Shown here: positions 1 through 11,597 of the stretch, piece by piece
Layout of the letters: every line of letters starts with the position of its first letter
How positions within the stretch are numbered: position 1 is the stretch's first letter
Origin: Chiloscyllium plagiosum
Lineage: Eukaryota
Length of the DNA: 64,000 nt
Reading direction: 5' to 3'
Assembly (NCBI RefSeq): GCF_004010195.1
Contig: NC_057729.1
Coordinates: 31,404,544 to 31,468,543 of the forward strand
The notes under the pieces: model-generated
What the model was told of the DNA's origin: nothing
The model's input: the letters and a program-made list of their open reading frames with translations, nothing else
Database searches by the model: none
Program-made: the position numbers and the translations under genes

Positions 1-3000
1 ACACCTTTTAAAAGGAAGCCAGTCCGACCTCTAATTTACCTGAGGATCTGCTAAGACTAATCAGCATGTAATCAGTTTCAAGAATAAAGATCAATTGCAC
101 CTTGTAGCCTTAAAGAGACATGTTATGCATCAGTAACAAAATAATGCCTGGCCATAGTTTGAGGGATAATACTCCTGTGTAATAAATTACTAATTACTTT
201 GAGCAACACCATGGGAGATTTGTTAATGATTATTAAGAAGCTAAATATTGTCAAGAGTTTTGCGCATGAAAGGTTTGTAATGGTTCTTTATGTACTTATA
301 CAGAACTACGTAATGAACATAGATGGGAAAAGAACTCAAAGTACCCAATTGCCTATTAAGTTTAATAATAGATAGGTCATCACATACTCAAACTTACTTC
401 ACCACTGTGTTTGTCAAATTCATGCAGGAGATTTCTTATGTCGTTTTCTCATTATCCTGTCTCTCTTTTCCTAAAAATGCCAACTTCTCACTGTAGCATG
501 ATTCCACACCACCTATAGGACAACCTTTGCAAAGAGTATTATCAAACTGTTCAAATTCAGAGACAAAATGATTGTGTATCCTTAAGCAATATATACATAC
601 ATACAAGATGGTGAATTAATAGCAATCAAAAATGTGGTCCCTGACCAAATTTCATTTTCCAATCTGGGAGATTGAGATCTTTCCCTCGTTGACTGAGATT
701 AGCTAACACAGCATGGGATGGATCCTGAGATGTCCTTAATTGGAATAGGTCAGCTACTCACTTGATAAACTCACTGACCTGTCAAAGAAGCATTTCTATT
801 TGACTTAACAATGTCTTCACTAAATATTTTTGCATCTTTTTGCAATATGGAAGACTGGGGTTTCCTTATGATGAACACCAATAAAATCAACAGTACCACA
901 TCCAATTATGCTTCCTGTAATAATCAGTATGTTTCTCAGCAGCTTATTTGAGCTCTCAGCAGGAAAAATTTGAAATCAAACAAGACGTCACAAAAGACAT
1001 CAAAGCATCTGCTTATGGACAAATATAAAATCCACCAAAAAACTGGGTTGTTATTACATTACTCCAAGAAATCAGCATTTTTCAGTAATTTTCCATTACA
1101 AATGGTCATTTCTGTAAGAACATTGGATATTAAAAAAGTTAAAAAAGATTTATTCATATGCGATTTGAATTGTAGTTTTTAATGTCACTAAAATTGCGTG
1201 ATATGCTATGTTAAAATGCATGCTTATTAAGAGATTCTGAACAAATAAATACAGCAATAAATATTTTGTAATCAATTTGTAAATTTGAGGCGTTATGTCT
1301 TGACAGGACTGTTAGCAATGAAAGCAGCTTCGTATTGACTGAAACCATGAGTCCACAAGAGTGCACAGCATCAACAATAGCAATGGATGGTCATGTCCCC
1401 ATTGGTTGCACATACAGTTGCTTAGCAACATGCATTATTCCCTTATTCTGTTTTTCTGGGTGGGGATCATTTTGCACTTTAATCTATTGAGCAAAGGAGT
1501 TTTTGAAAAACAATATCTGTGTTATATTTCTGACATAGTAACTATTCTAGTCCTTCAGATGCTGTAAAAAAAAGTAATAAGAGAGCTCCATTGTAATTAC
1601 AAGTTAACAATTAGGTATTTGATTCGATAAATATGAATATTTTCCAAACAGACACTGACCAGTCTAAATATAGTCAATACTTTACATTTTGAATCACAGA
1701 TCCAATTGACTTTTTAGCATTATAAAAAGTCATTTGGATTTCCATGAACTTGATATACACATCACTGTATGCAGCCATAATACAACTGGTCACTTTGTAC
1801 TGGTGTAAGATCATTGATTTTAAGGAAGAGTTAAAATGTCAAGCTGAAAATGCAGAGGATGGTCAATAAAGTGTGATATAACTGCCAAGTGTAATGATTG
1901 AAATGGTCAGAATATGTAACTACACAATGGTATTTTGTATTTTCAAAAGATGAGAGAATGAGCATTATTCTTGTTTTAATTTTAAGATAGCATTTTAAAA
2001 AATAGTCATGTCACTCAAAATGAAATGTGTTCCATTATATATTTTATGTATTCATTAGACACTGAACCATGTTAAGGCTGCCAGCATAATGTTTTGGTAT
2101 TTGAATTCTGATTCAGCAACTCTGCCAATCTTAATGCAGTAATCTGTATCACATGTACATTTCAGTTAAGAATTCCTGCTCCACTATTTAATACTTGTTT
2201 CCTTGTCTACTAATGCTAATTCACACTTGGTAAAATCAATTTTATTACAGTCCTTAATGAAATAAAAATCTGCTGAATATGACAGCATAATAAGGTAGCA
2301 TTCACAAGCTTCCATATCAATTTCTAAGTATAATAGTTTTATCTGCTGAATCTGCACTTCCCACTGGTTTTTCATCTTCTCTGCGGGCTTTTCAGTCATA
2401 TTGACTGACCAGACTATAACTATGTAATTATTTATAGACATCTGTAACCAAAACGGGGGAATTTCACTCCTGCACTCAAGTGAGCCTGTAGAGTATTGGG
2501 CCTGCCCCTAAAAAGAACACTGTTACTAAGCAACCACCCAGGTTGCCATGGTGAATCTAAGTGAGCAGCTGGTCCAATCAGCATTAACTCCAGGCTAGCA
2601 AGAAAAAGTCTATGAATTTCATGCCAATACACGCAGGAGGAAAAACTGGTCAGGCATGCATGATGCTGAGTGTATTGAGTACAGCCTGCCAGAACTTAGC
2701 AAACCCAATGCTTCAAACAGCAATTACAGTGTGTGAACTTCAATGTCATTTCTTTCAAAACTATTATTCAAATATTATACTAAAAAGACAAATCCAGGAG
2801 AACCTTCGACAATGGGACATGTCATCTAAAGTACTAGCAACATTATAATAATTTTGACATTTATTTATCGGATGCAGAAGCACCAAAACCATGCACGTCT
2901 TCAATCACCTCCTCCAATTCATTCCATCACCCTCTATTTAGTGTCCAAATTCACCTTGTCTTTGGCTATAAACATGTGTACACTATCATCTATTTCATCT

Positions 3001-4774
3001 ATTAACTCAATAACAGATCATATGTGTTAAATAATTCTGTTCATACTGTTAAATCATTTACACTAAGCCCATTTTAATTAGCAAATCACAATGATAGCAC
3101 ATCCTCAAAGCATGGACAAATGTAGGATATATATCAATAAACAGCCCTATATTTAGAATTCATTTAATCGGACTCAGTTACTTTGGAAATAATTTTTCAC
3201 TCCATATTTAAACAAATAAATATTTGCATTCAACATTTATTTACATTTAGAGATAATATTTATCTTACATCGACACATGAATAAATATGTTTGAAACGTC
3301 AATATCTACTTTTAGGATTATCTTCTTTGAGTTCACGGATGAGTAACTAATCATTTTAATAATTTTTGCATGGAAATATTATGAAGTGTCAATATATTTG
3401 GTGCCCGCTGCTCAACTTTGAAAACTTTGTTTTAAATTAGGATGACTAAACAATAAAAAATATATGTAGCTGAATGGCAGCCTGCAATAATTAGTTCAGC
3501 TTTAAAATTTCACTGGTAGCAAGATCCCTCAGATACTGTCTTAATTTGCTGAACATTAGTACTCCTTATTTGCACCATAAAGCTTGCAATGGAGTAGCCG
3601 GAGATGATTGAATTCTTTTATTTTAGTATTTAATAGACTTAAAGTTAGATTTATTTTGATGCACGGTGATTCTGAACAAAACAGTTGGGATTTATCTCAA
3701 TCATGTTGAATCTTTTATTTCGTCATCGAATCCACTATTCAGAGAACCAACATGTTGCGTATTGTGTTGTTAATATAAGTTTATACTGTCAAACAGGCTG
3801 TGAAATGCTTCTTTTTTTGAAGTCCATTACATCCATTATGCAAGAGAAAGAAAGGGTAAAATGTTTAACACAAGCTCTGAGCAGCTAGGGAGGCATAATG
3901 CCCTGCTCCAAATTCAGATTTAGCTTCAAATGCAAATTAGGGCATGTCTTCCCCTCCCCCTCCCCTGACACACACTTTAATCTGCTGAAGCTGTAATTAG
4001 GAGTGAAGGAAGCCACACACTGGGTTTTTGAACCAAAGACTACAGAAAAATACAGCAAAGAATAGAAATGGAGAGCTTTGCCCAGCACAGAATGGAATGT
4101 CATTAAGAGAGACCATGAGCTCTATTCTATCCACGGTGAGTGCAGGATCAGGACAGATTAATGCAAGTATAGACTGCAGTTAAAGTGAGGATCTTTGCAC
4201 TTTAATCATTTCTAATGTTCTGGTTTGCACATCTATCTGGGTTATTCTCAAATAAAAGTGCAGCAAGCAGAGCACACTTTACAACAGGCAATCTATTCTA
4301 ATGTCCTGAACCAAAGCCAGCAACTGCAGAAGCCCACATTATAGTGTTCTGTGCTTGCTCACTGAACCAGAACAATACCAGTTTATAGAACAATAATAAA
4401 CTAAAGGGATGTGTTAATTGGCTATAAATGCCCATTGTCATCAAACAATAGTATAAAATAAAAAACTGCATCAAATATGCTGGAAGTGTCATATCAATTT
4501 TCCCATCATCCTTTTGCATCTAGTCAAGCAACTGAAAAGGGATTGTCATCCCAATAGAACGACTTGCATAACACTTTATTGCACTTGTAAACAGAACTAA
4601 ACAATAGCATGATTAGTGACTTTAATGAAAATTTTAATTTCAATGCTTCACACTAAAGCTGCATCACTATAGTTCACACTGCAGTAGTTATGCATAGGCA
4701 CATTTTCCCCAGAATGAAGATAATTGTTCTCAAGTGGAGACCCTATATCAGGTTGCTCAAACTGTTGACCATAT

Positions 4775-4960
4775 CTCTTGGGTGCAATTCTTGCTTCTGA
4801 GTCAGGCAAACTGTGTGTTCCAGAACCTCAGCATAAAATTTAGCCCAATCATCAACACAATACTGTGCTGTGGCAATGGTGCCTGATCAAAAGTGCCATC
4901 ATTTAGATAAGATATTAAACCAGCTGAGGTGCATGACACAATTCCATGACACTATTAAAA
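4775..4960 (+). mobile_element. Degraded SINE fragment (Deu-domain/SacSINE1-like)
   Basis: tctgagtcag...agtgccatcatttagataagatattaaacc resembles the head/core of the shark Deu-type SINE, also seen at 27.0 kb and 58.3 kb. Confidence 0.4.
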
Positions 4961-5399
4961 TGTTCCTTTTACACTGTGTGAGATTCATAGCACCATATAA
5001 ATTGACAATACACAGGTGGGTCAGTTATTGACAAAAAGCTTTTAAAAAGGGCAAAGAAATCCATGGAGATTTCTCTGACCTTGTTTTCACTATAATGCCC
5101 ATAGATGATCAGCTAGATGTTATGGAGAAATTACATACACAACAAGTCTTTGGCTTTCCAATGATCTTCATGATCAAAGTCATGATAGACTATCTGGAGA
5201 ATCCTTCCAAAAGTGAATATTCAATATCTTTCTAGCTGGGGCAGTCTTAGCAAAATGGGAATGGATTCATCTTCAGCTTTTGTCAATTGTGGAAGGGCTA
5301 TGCATTGTAGTTGCTACTACAAAATCAGCTCAAGGTAAATAGTGCATCCTGTTGGTGTTCTGACTAATATTTCTCAACAAAAGCACTCAGAAACGTGAT

Positions 5400-5795
5400 C
5401 ATTCCTACAGTTGTAAGATATTGTGTATGCTTGAGCCACATCAAGAGTTAAATACAAAAGAAAATTGGGCTGATATATTATTGCAGAGTGAGGGGTCAGA
5501 TACGATTTTGTAAGCAACACCCCAAATGCTGTCTAAGCTAGATGTAAAAGATCACATGACATCATTTGTACTGAAGCAACTAATTTCCACTGTCCTAATC
5601 TATTAACAGCATGCAAAAAAAAATCTGTTCGTTACCACAGCTCTGTTTGTGGGAACTAGCGAAGTGGCTAACTGAAATGGCTCCTGATCTTTCTACAACA
5701 CAATAATGACTACCTGTCACAAATCATTCCATTGGCTATAAAGTATTTCAAGATGTTCATAAGTTATGAAAGAGATTATATTAATGCATTTTTTT
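5400..5795 (+). mobile_element. Degraded SINE (Deu-domain/SacSINE1-like) with L2-type 3' tail
   Basis: gatgtaaaagatcacatgac core and 3' tail cattggctataaagtatttc...atgaaagagattatattaatgca. Confidence 0.45.
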
Positions 5796-5809
5796 ATAAT
5801 GGACAATTT

Positions 5810-7910
5810 TAGTTTGTGGAGGCATAAATAGACTAGAAAATGTCAATGTCCATAATGAATAGTGACTCAGTATCATGGTTGGCATACAAACTGACCGGGT
5901 TCTAAAGGTCACATCCAACAGTTTGAGCATCAGGCAGGCAGTGTGCGGACCAACAAGAGGGAAAAACATACATGACCTTGTCCTCACTAAGTTACATACC
6001 ACAACTGTATCATCCATGACAGAATTGGCAAGAGTGACTTCTGCATAGTCATCGTTCAAATGAACTCCCAAATTCACACCAAAAGCACACTTCATTGCCA
6101 GCTGTGGCATGGCTGCAATGTAAAATGGAAAGTTTCAGAACAGACCTAACAGCTGAACAGTGGCCATCCATATGGCATAGTGGGCTTTTTTTCCCTCTTC
6201 ATTCATTCACAGGATGAGGGTGTTGCCAGCATTTACTGCCCAGCCCTAATTGCCCAAAGAGTCAACTACATTACTGTGAGTCTGGAGTCACATGTAGGCC
6301 AGACCTGGTAAGGATAGCCATTTCCTTCCCTAATGGACATTAATGAACCAGATGAGTTTGACCATGAGTCTATGGTTATCATTAGTTTCTTAATTCCAGA
6401 TATTTATTGAATTCAAGTTCTACTGTCTGCAGTGGCAGGATTCGAACCCAGGTCCCCTGAACATTATTTGGGTCTCTGGATTAACAGTCCAGCAATAATA
6501 CCATTAGGCCATCGCCTTCCTACCGTTATCAATACTATTCCACTAAAATCTAGTGGAGCCTTGCACATTCCCTAACTATCATTACATTCAAGTGAAGGGA
6601 CCAACCTTGCTTTGCTGAGAAGTGTAGGAATACATGTACGTGCTAGGTGCAGCAACAGAGGTACTTAAAAATGAGATGCCAATCAAATGAATCTACAATG
6701 TAAGACTGATACAAGTTGAGCAGGGAAGACAATGCTATCATGGATGAATTACTCATTATAACCTGCTTATTATTGTTTCATTGGAGTTTCACAAGGATCA
6801 TTCTTCTCCAGTTTCATTCCAGCTTTGATCCCAAAGCTGAGAGTAATTGCTCTTGAGATCAAGGCAGCATTTGATGATATGTTGTATTAAGAAGACCTAG
6901 CAAAACTGAAGTCATTGCAAATCAGGGGAAGCATTGCCCACTGGTTTGAATTATATCAAAGAAACAAGATGATAGCTATGGTTGTTGGAGGCTGATCATC
7001 TCATCTCCAGGGCATCGATGCAAGTTTCCTTATGTCAGTGTCAAAAATTTAACTATCTTCAGCTGTTTCATCCACAAGTTGTCCTCCAACATAAGGTCAG
7101 AAACTGCATGCACTGTGTTTTATAAGACTCATAACTGCTCAGCTATGGAAGCAGCCCACACACAATACTTAAGTAACATGCAGACTGCAAGCTGACATGT
7201 GGCAAGCAACATTTTTGTCACACAAATGCCGTGCAATGACCATCGCCAACAACAATCTAACTATATCTTCTTCACATTAATTATCATTGCTGAATCCACC
7301 ACAATCAATATTCTGCTGTTCATCAATAACCAGAAACTTGGACCAGTCAAGGAAAAACTATGACTATAAGAAAATCGGAAGCTGGGGAAAGGAATTTTGT
7401 GGTGGTAACTCTCCCAAATCATGTCCATCCTCTACAAAATATAAATCAGGAGGATAGTCCCCATGTCGCTGAGCAAACAACTCCAACAGCACTCAAAAAG
7501 CTTGATTGTATCCAAAACTAAACAAACCACCCTGTCCAGCATTTTAAACATTCACTCTCTCCATCATTATAGTAGTGTTACCATCAAAAAGAAATACTGA
7601 AGCAATTTGCTAAAACTTCTTCAACTATACCTTCCAAAAACATGACCTTTTCCTCCTCAAAGAACCGTGACATAGGATGCATGGAAATACCATCACATTA
7701 CACACCACCATCCTAAGTCAGAATTCTATCAAGCTTCCTGTTACTGGGTCAAAACATTGGAATGTCCTATGTAACAGCATTGTGGGTGTATTGACACCAT
7801 CTGAACTGCCCCAGTTCAAAAGTGTACCTCGCCATAACCACCTTAAGGACAATCAGAGATAAGCAATAAATGCTGACCTTGCTAGAGATCCTCACATCTA
7901 TGAATGAATA
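5810..7910 (+). mobile_element. Degraded CR1-clade LINE (APE endonuclease and RT remnants), interrupted by a SINE
   Basis: PTRGKNI-x-DLVLT-like motif at ~5950, RVIALEIKAAFD at ~6840, VVGG at ~6980. The 3' tail is gcaataaatgctgaccttgc...catctatgaatgaat. Many stops and frameshifts. Confidence 0.7.
6195..6517 (-). mobile_element. tRNA-derived SINE
   Basis: The minus strand has an A box (TGGCCTAATGG) and B box (GGTTCGAATCC). The 3' tail (gggcagtaaatgctggcaacaccctcatcctgtgaatgaat) resembles the tail of the surrounding LINE. Confidence 0.85.
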
Positions 7911-8668
7911 CATTACACAGGTGAGACGGTAACCCATAGATTGTATATTACCCTTCAAAGAATTCAAGCCTATTTACAGTATCTTCGATTAACACCAGTG
8001 ATACGCCAAGACATTGAAAACTGATATTTTGAAAAAGTTGCATTTTGCTTCATCTGCAATTTTGAAATTAATTATTTAACCAGTGCTAGTCATATGAACA
8101 ATCTGCTGGTGGCAATAAATAAAGAAAGTGGACTGAAAAGCTTTTCTTAACTTCATAGAAAAGTTCCTGAAGAACCGATATAAAATTTATCCTGGCCAAC
8201 TAACTTTTCAAGGTTGTGATTTTCTTCTGTCATGAAGGAAGAATATAGAAAGTTAGGCAGGAATTTAGAAAGGAGGTCCTTGAGGGTAGTAATATTTGGA
8301 TTACTGCTGGTGCTATGAGCTAGTGAGGGTAGGGATAGGAGGATAGAGCAGATGAATGCATGGCTGAGGAGCTGGTGCAAGGAAGAAGGGTTCACATTTC
8401 TGGATCATTGGAATCTCTTCTAGGGTAGAAGTGATCTGTACAAGAAGGATGGATTGCACCTGAATTGGAAGGGGACTATTATACTGGCAGGAAGATTTGC
8501 TAGAGCTGCTCAGGAGGATTTAAACTAGTAAAATGGGGGGGATCCCAGGGAGATAGTGAGGAAAGGGATCAATCTGAGACTGGTACAGTTGAGTAAAGGA
8601 GCAACTCAAACAGTCAGGGCAGGAAAGAACAAAGCGGAGAACAAAGTAGGACTGATAAATTAAACTGC

Positions 8669-8860
8669 TAAAAATCACACAAGATCAGATTATAGTCCAA
8701 CAGGTTTATTTGGAAGCACTAGCTTTCGGAGCACTACCATCTGATGAAGGAGCAGTGCTCCGAAAGCTAGTGCTTCCAAATAAACCTATTGGACTATAGC
8801 CTGGTCTTGTGTGATTTTTAACTTTGTACACTCCAATCCAACACCAGCATCTCCAAATCA
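8669..8860 (+). mobile_element. Penelope-type short terminal repeat, family B, with 5' fold-back and hammerhead core
   Basis: 12-bp TSD aaattaaactgc (8657-8668 / 8861-8872). 8669-8735 is an inverted copy of ~8754-8820. Confidence 0.85.
8738..8772 (+). ncRNA. Minimal type I hammerhead ribozyme motif
   Basis: CUGAUGA-A-GGAGC(AGU)GCUCC-GAAA-GC-UA. Helix III is the palindrome AGCU; short helix I CAU/GUG. Confidence 0.75.
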
Positions 8861-9982
8861 AAATTAAACTGCATTTACTTCAATACAAGAGGCCTAACAG
8901 AGAAGGCAGATGAATTTAGGGCATGGTTAGGAACATGGGACTGTGATATTAAAGCAACTACAGAGACATGGCTCAGGGATGGACAAGACTGGCAGCTTAA
9001 TGCTCCAGGATACAGGAAGGATAGAAAGGGGGACAAGAGAGGAGGTGAAGTGGAGTTTTTGATAAGGAATAGCATCACTGTTGTACCTAGGGTTCATATT
9101 CCAGGGAATATATCCAAGGACATTGTTTGGGTGGAACTGAGAAATAAGAAAGGGATGATCACCTTATTGGGATTGTATTACAGATCCCTAATAGTCAGCA
9201 ACAGATTGAGAAACAAATTTGCAAGAAGCTCTCAGTTATCTGTAAGAATAATAGGGTGGTTATGGTAGGGGATTTTAAATTTCCAAACATAGACTGGGAT
9301 TGCCATAGTTTAAGGATTTAAATGGAGAGCAATTTGTTAAGTGCTGTACAAGAAACATTTCTGATTCAGTATGTGGATGTACCTACTAGAGAAGGTGCAA
9401 AACCGGACCTACTCCTGGGAAATAAGGCAGGGCAGGTGGAGTGATTAGATGTCAGTGGGAGAGCACTTTGGGGCCAGCAACTATAATTTTAAAATAGTGA
9501 TGAAAACGTATAAATCAGATCTAAAAATTGAAGTTCTAAATTGGAGAAAGGCCAATTTTGATGGTATTAGGCAAGAACATTGAAAAGCTGATTGGAGGCA
9601 GATGTTCACAGGTAAAGGGACAGCTGGAAAATGGGAAGCCTTCATAAATGAGATAATAAGAATCCAGAGAAAGTATATTCCTGTTAGGGTGAAAGGAAAG
9701 GCTGTTAGGTGTTGGGAATGCTGGATGACTAGAGAAATTGAAGTTTTGGTTAAGAAAAAGAAGGAATCATATGTCAGGTATAGATAGCAGAGATTGAGTG
9801 AATCCTTGGAGAGTATAAAGGCAGTAGGAGTATACTTAAGAGGGAAATCAAGAGGGCAAAAAGGGGACATGAGATAGCTTTGGAAAATAGGGTTAAGGAG
9901 AATCTGAAGAGATTCTGTTAATACATGAAGGACAAAAAGGTATCTAGGGAGAGAATAGGACCCTTCAAAGATCAGGAGAATC

Positions 9983-10010
9983 GACGTTTCGGGCATGAGC
10001 CCTTCCTCAG
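9983..10010 (-). ncRNA. Minimal hammerhead ribozyme motif
   Basis: Minus strand reads CUGAGGA-A-GGGC(UCAU)GCCC-GAAA-CG-UC. Confidence 0.75.
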
Positions 10011-10013
10011 GAA

Positions 10014-10456
10014 GCTGCTCTAGCAAATCTCCCTGCCAGTAAAATAGTCCCCTTCCACATCAGGTGCAATCCGTCCTTCTTGTACAGATCATTTCTACCC
10101 TAGAAGAGATTCCAATGATCCAGAAATGTGAACCCTTCTTCCTCGCACCAGCTCCTCAGCCATGCATTCATCTGCTCTATCCTCCTATCCCTACCCTCAC
10201 TAGCTCATAGCACCGGCAGTAATCCAAATATTACTACCCTCAAGGACCTCCTTTCTAAATTCCTGCCTAACTTTCTATATTCTCCCTTCATGACAGAAGA
10301 AAATCACAACAGTGAAAAGTTAGTTGGCCAGGATAAATTTTATATCGGTTCTTCAGGAACTTTTCTATGAAGTTAAGAAAAGCTTTTCAGTCCACTTTCT
10401 TTATTTATTGCCATCAGCAGATTATTCATATGACTAGCACTGGTTAAATAATTAAT
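10014..10456 (-). repeat. Inverted duplicate of 8067-8510
   Basis: The reverse complement matches 8067-8510 with about 14 substitutions in ~443 bp. The ORF track shows near-identical 80-aa translations at 8153-8395(-) and 10128-10370(+). Confidence 0.97.
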
Positions 10457-10466
10457 AGTCCCCTTC

Positions 10467-10494
10467 CTGAAGAAGGGCTCATGCCCGAAACGTC
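10467..10494 (+). ncRNA. Minimal hammerhead ribozyme motif
   Basis: CUGAAGA-A-GGGC(UCAU)GCCC-GAAA-CG-UC. GUC cleavage triplet; palindromic helix III ACGU. Confidence 0.8.
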
Positions 10495-11237
10495 GATTCT
10501 CCTGCTTCTTGGATGCTGCCTGACCTGCTGCGCTTTTCCAGCAACACATTTTCAGCTCTGATCTCCAGCATCTGCAGTCCTCACTTTCTCCCTTCAAAGA
10601 TCAGCAAGGCAGCCTATGTGTGGAGCTGCAGGAGATGGGGAAGATACTAAATGAGCATTTTGCATCAGTGTTTACTGTGAAAAAGGACATGGAAGATATA
10701 GAATGTGGGGAAATAGATGGTGACATCTTGAAAAAAATCCATATTATAAAGGAGGAAGTGCTGGATGTCTTAACATGTATAAAGGAGGATAAATCCCCTG
10801 GACCTGATCAGGCGTACCCTAGAACTCTGTGGGAAGCTAGCCTATGCCTGATTAGGAATGCTGGGCCCCTTGCTGAGATATCTGTGTCATCAATAGTCAC
10901 AATTGAGGTGCCGTAAGATTGGAGGTTGGCCAACGTGGTGCCACTATTTAAGAGGTGGTAAGCCAGAGAACTATCGACTGATGAGCCAGACAAGTTGTTA
11001 GAGGGAATCCTGAGGGATAGGATTTACATGTATTTGGAAAGGCAAGGAGTGATTAGGGATAGTAAACACAGTTTTGTGCATGGAAAATCATGTCTCACAA
11101 ACTTGATTTATGAGGAAGTAACAAAGAGGATTGATGAGGGCAGAGTGGTGGGCATGATGTATATGGACTTCAGTAAGGCTTGCAACAAGGTTCCTCATGT
11201 TAGACTGGTTAACAAGGTTAGATCTCATGGAATACAA

Positions 11238-11597
11238 GGAGCACATTGGCTCAGTGGCTATCACTGCTGCCTCCCAGTGCCAGGGACCCAAGTTTGATTC
11301 CAGCCTCGGGCAACTGTCTGTTTGGATTTTGCACATCCCTGCCATGCCTGCATGCGTTTCCTCTGGGTGCTCCGGTTTCCTTCCACAGTTCAAAGATGTA
11401 CAGGGTTGGTGAATTGGACATGCTAAATTTTCCATAGTGTTCAGGGATGTGTAGGCTTAGATGTATTAGTCAGGGGGTAAGATAGAGTATTAGGGGTAGG
11501 GGAATGGGTCTGGGTGCAATACTCTTTGGAGTGTCAGTGTGGACTTGTTGGGCCAAATGGCCTGTTTCTATACTGTAGGGATTTGATGATTCTGTGA
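11238..11597 (+). mobile_element. HE1-like V-SINE (elasmobranch tRNA-derived SINE) nested in CR1
   Basis: A box TGGCTCAGTGG, B-box-like GTTTGATTCC, V-domain gtttcctctgggtgctccggtttccttccacagttcaaaga, CR1-type tail gggccaaatggcctgtttc. Confidence 0.9.

Larger units (their letters stand above)
9976..10589 (+). mobile_element. Composite Penelope-type insertion, family A: inverted hammerhead arm + captured local DNA + terminal repeat
   Basis: 15-bp TSD cccttcaaagatcag (9961-9975 / 10590-10604). Inverted arm 9973-10013, captured segment 10014-10456, direct repeat unit 10464-10589. Confidence 0.9.

Noticed and set aside
4060-4145. Possible coding exon ending at the donor ccacg/gtgagt
   Set aside because: No convincing acceptor or recognisable peptide; in-frame stops nearby.
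6420-6517. tRNA gene (A and B boxes); also at 11240, 17940 and 61120
   Set aside because: No cloverleaf, and each continues into SINE body sequence.
8669-8820. Long hairpins (also 19213-19308, 27745-27900, 35985-36102) as miRNA precursors or MITEs
   Set aside because: The arms are asymmetric, TSD lengths vary, and they are homologous to non-palindromic copies carrying hammerhead cores, which fits Penelope-type fold-backs.
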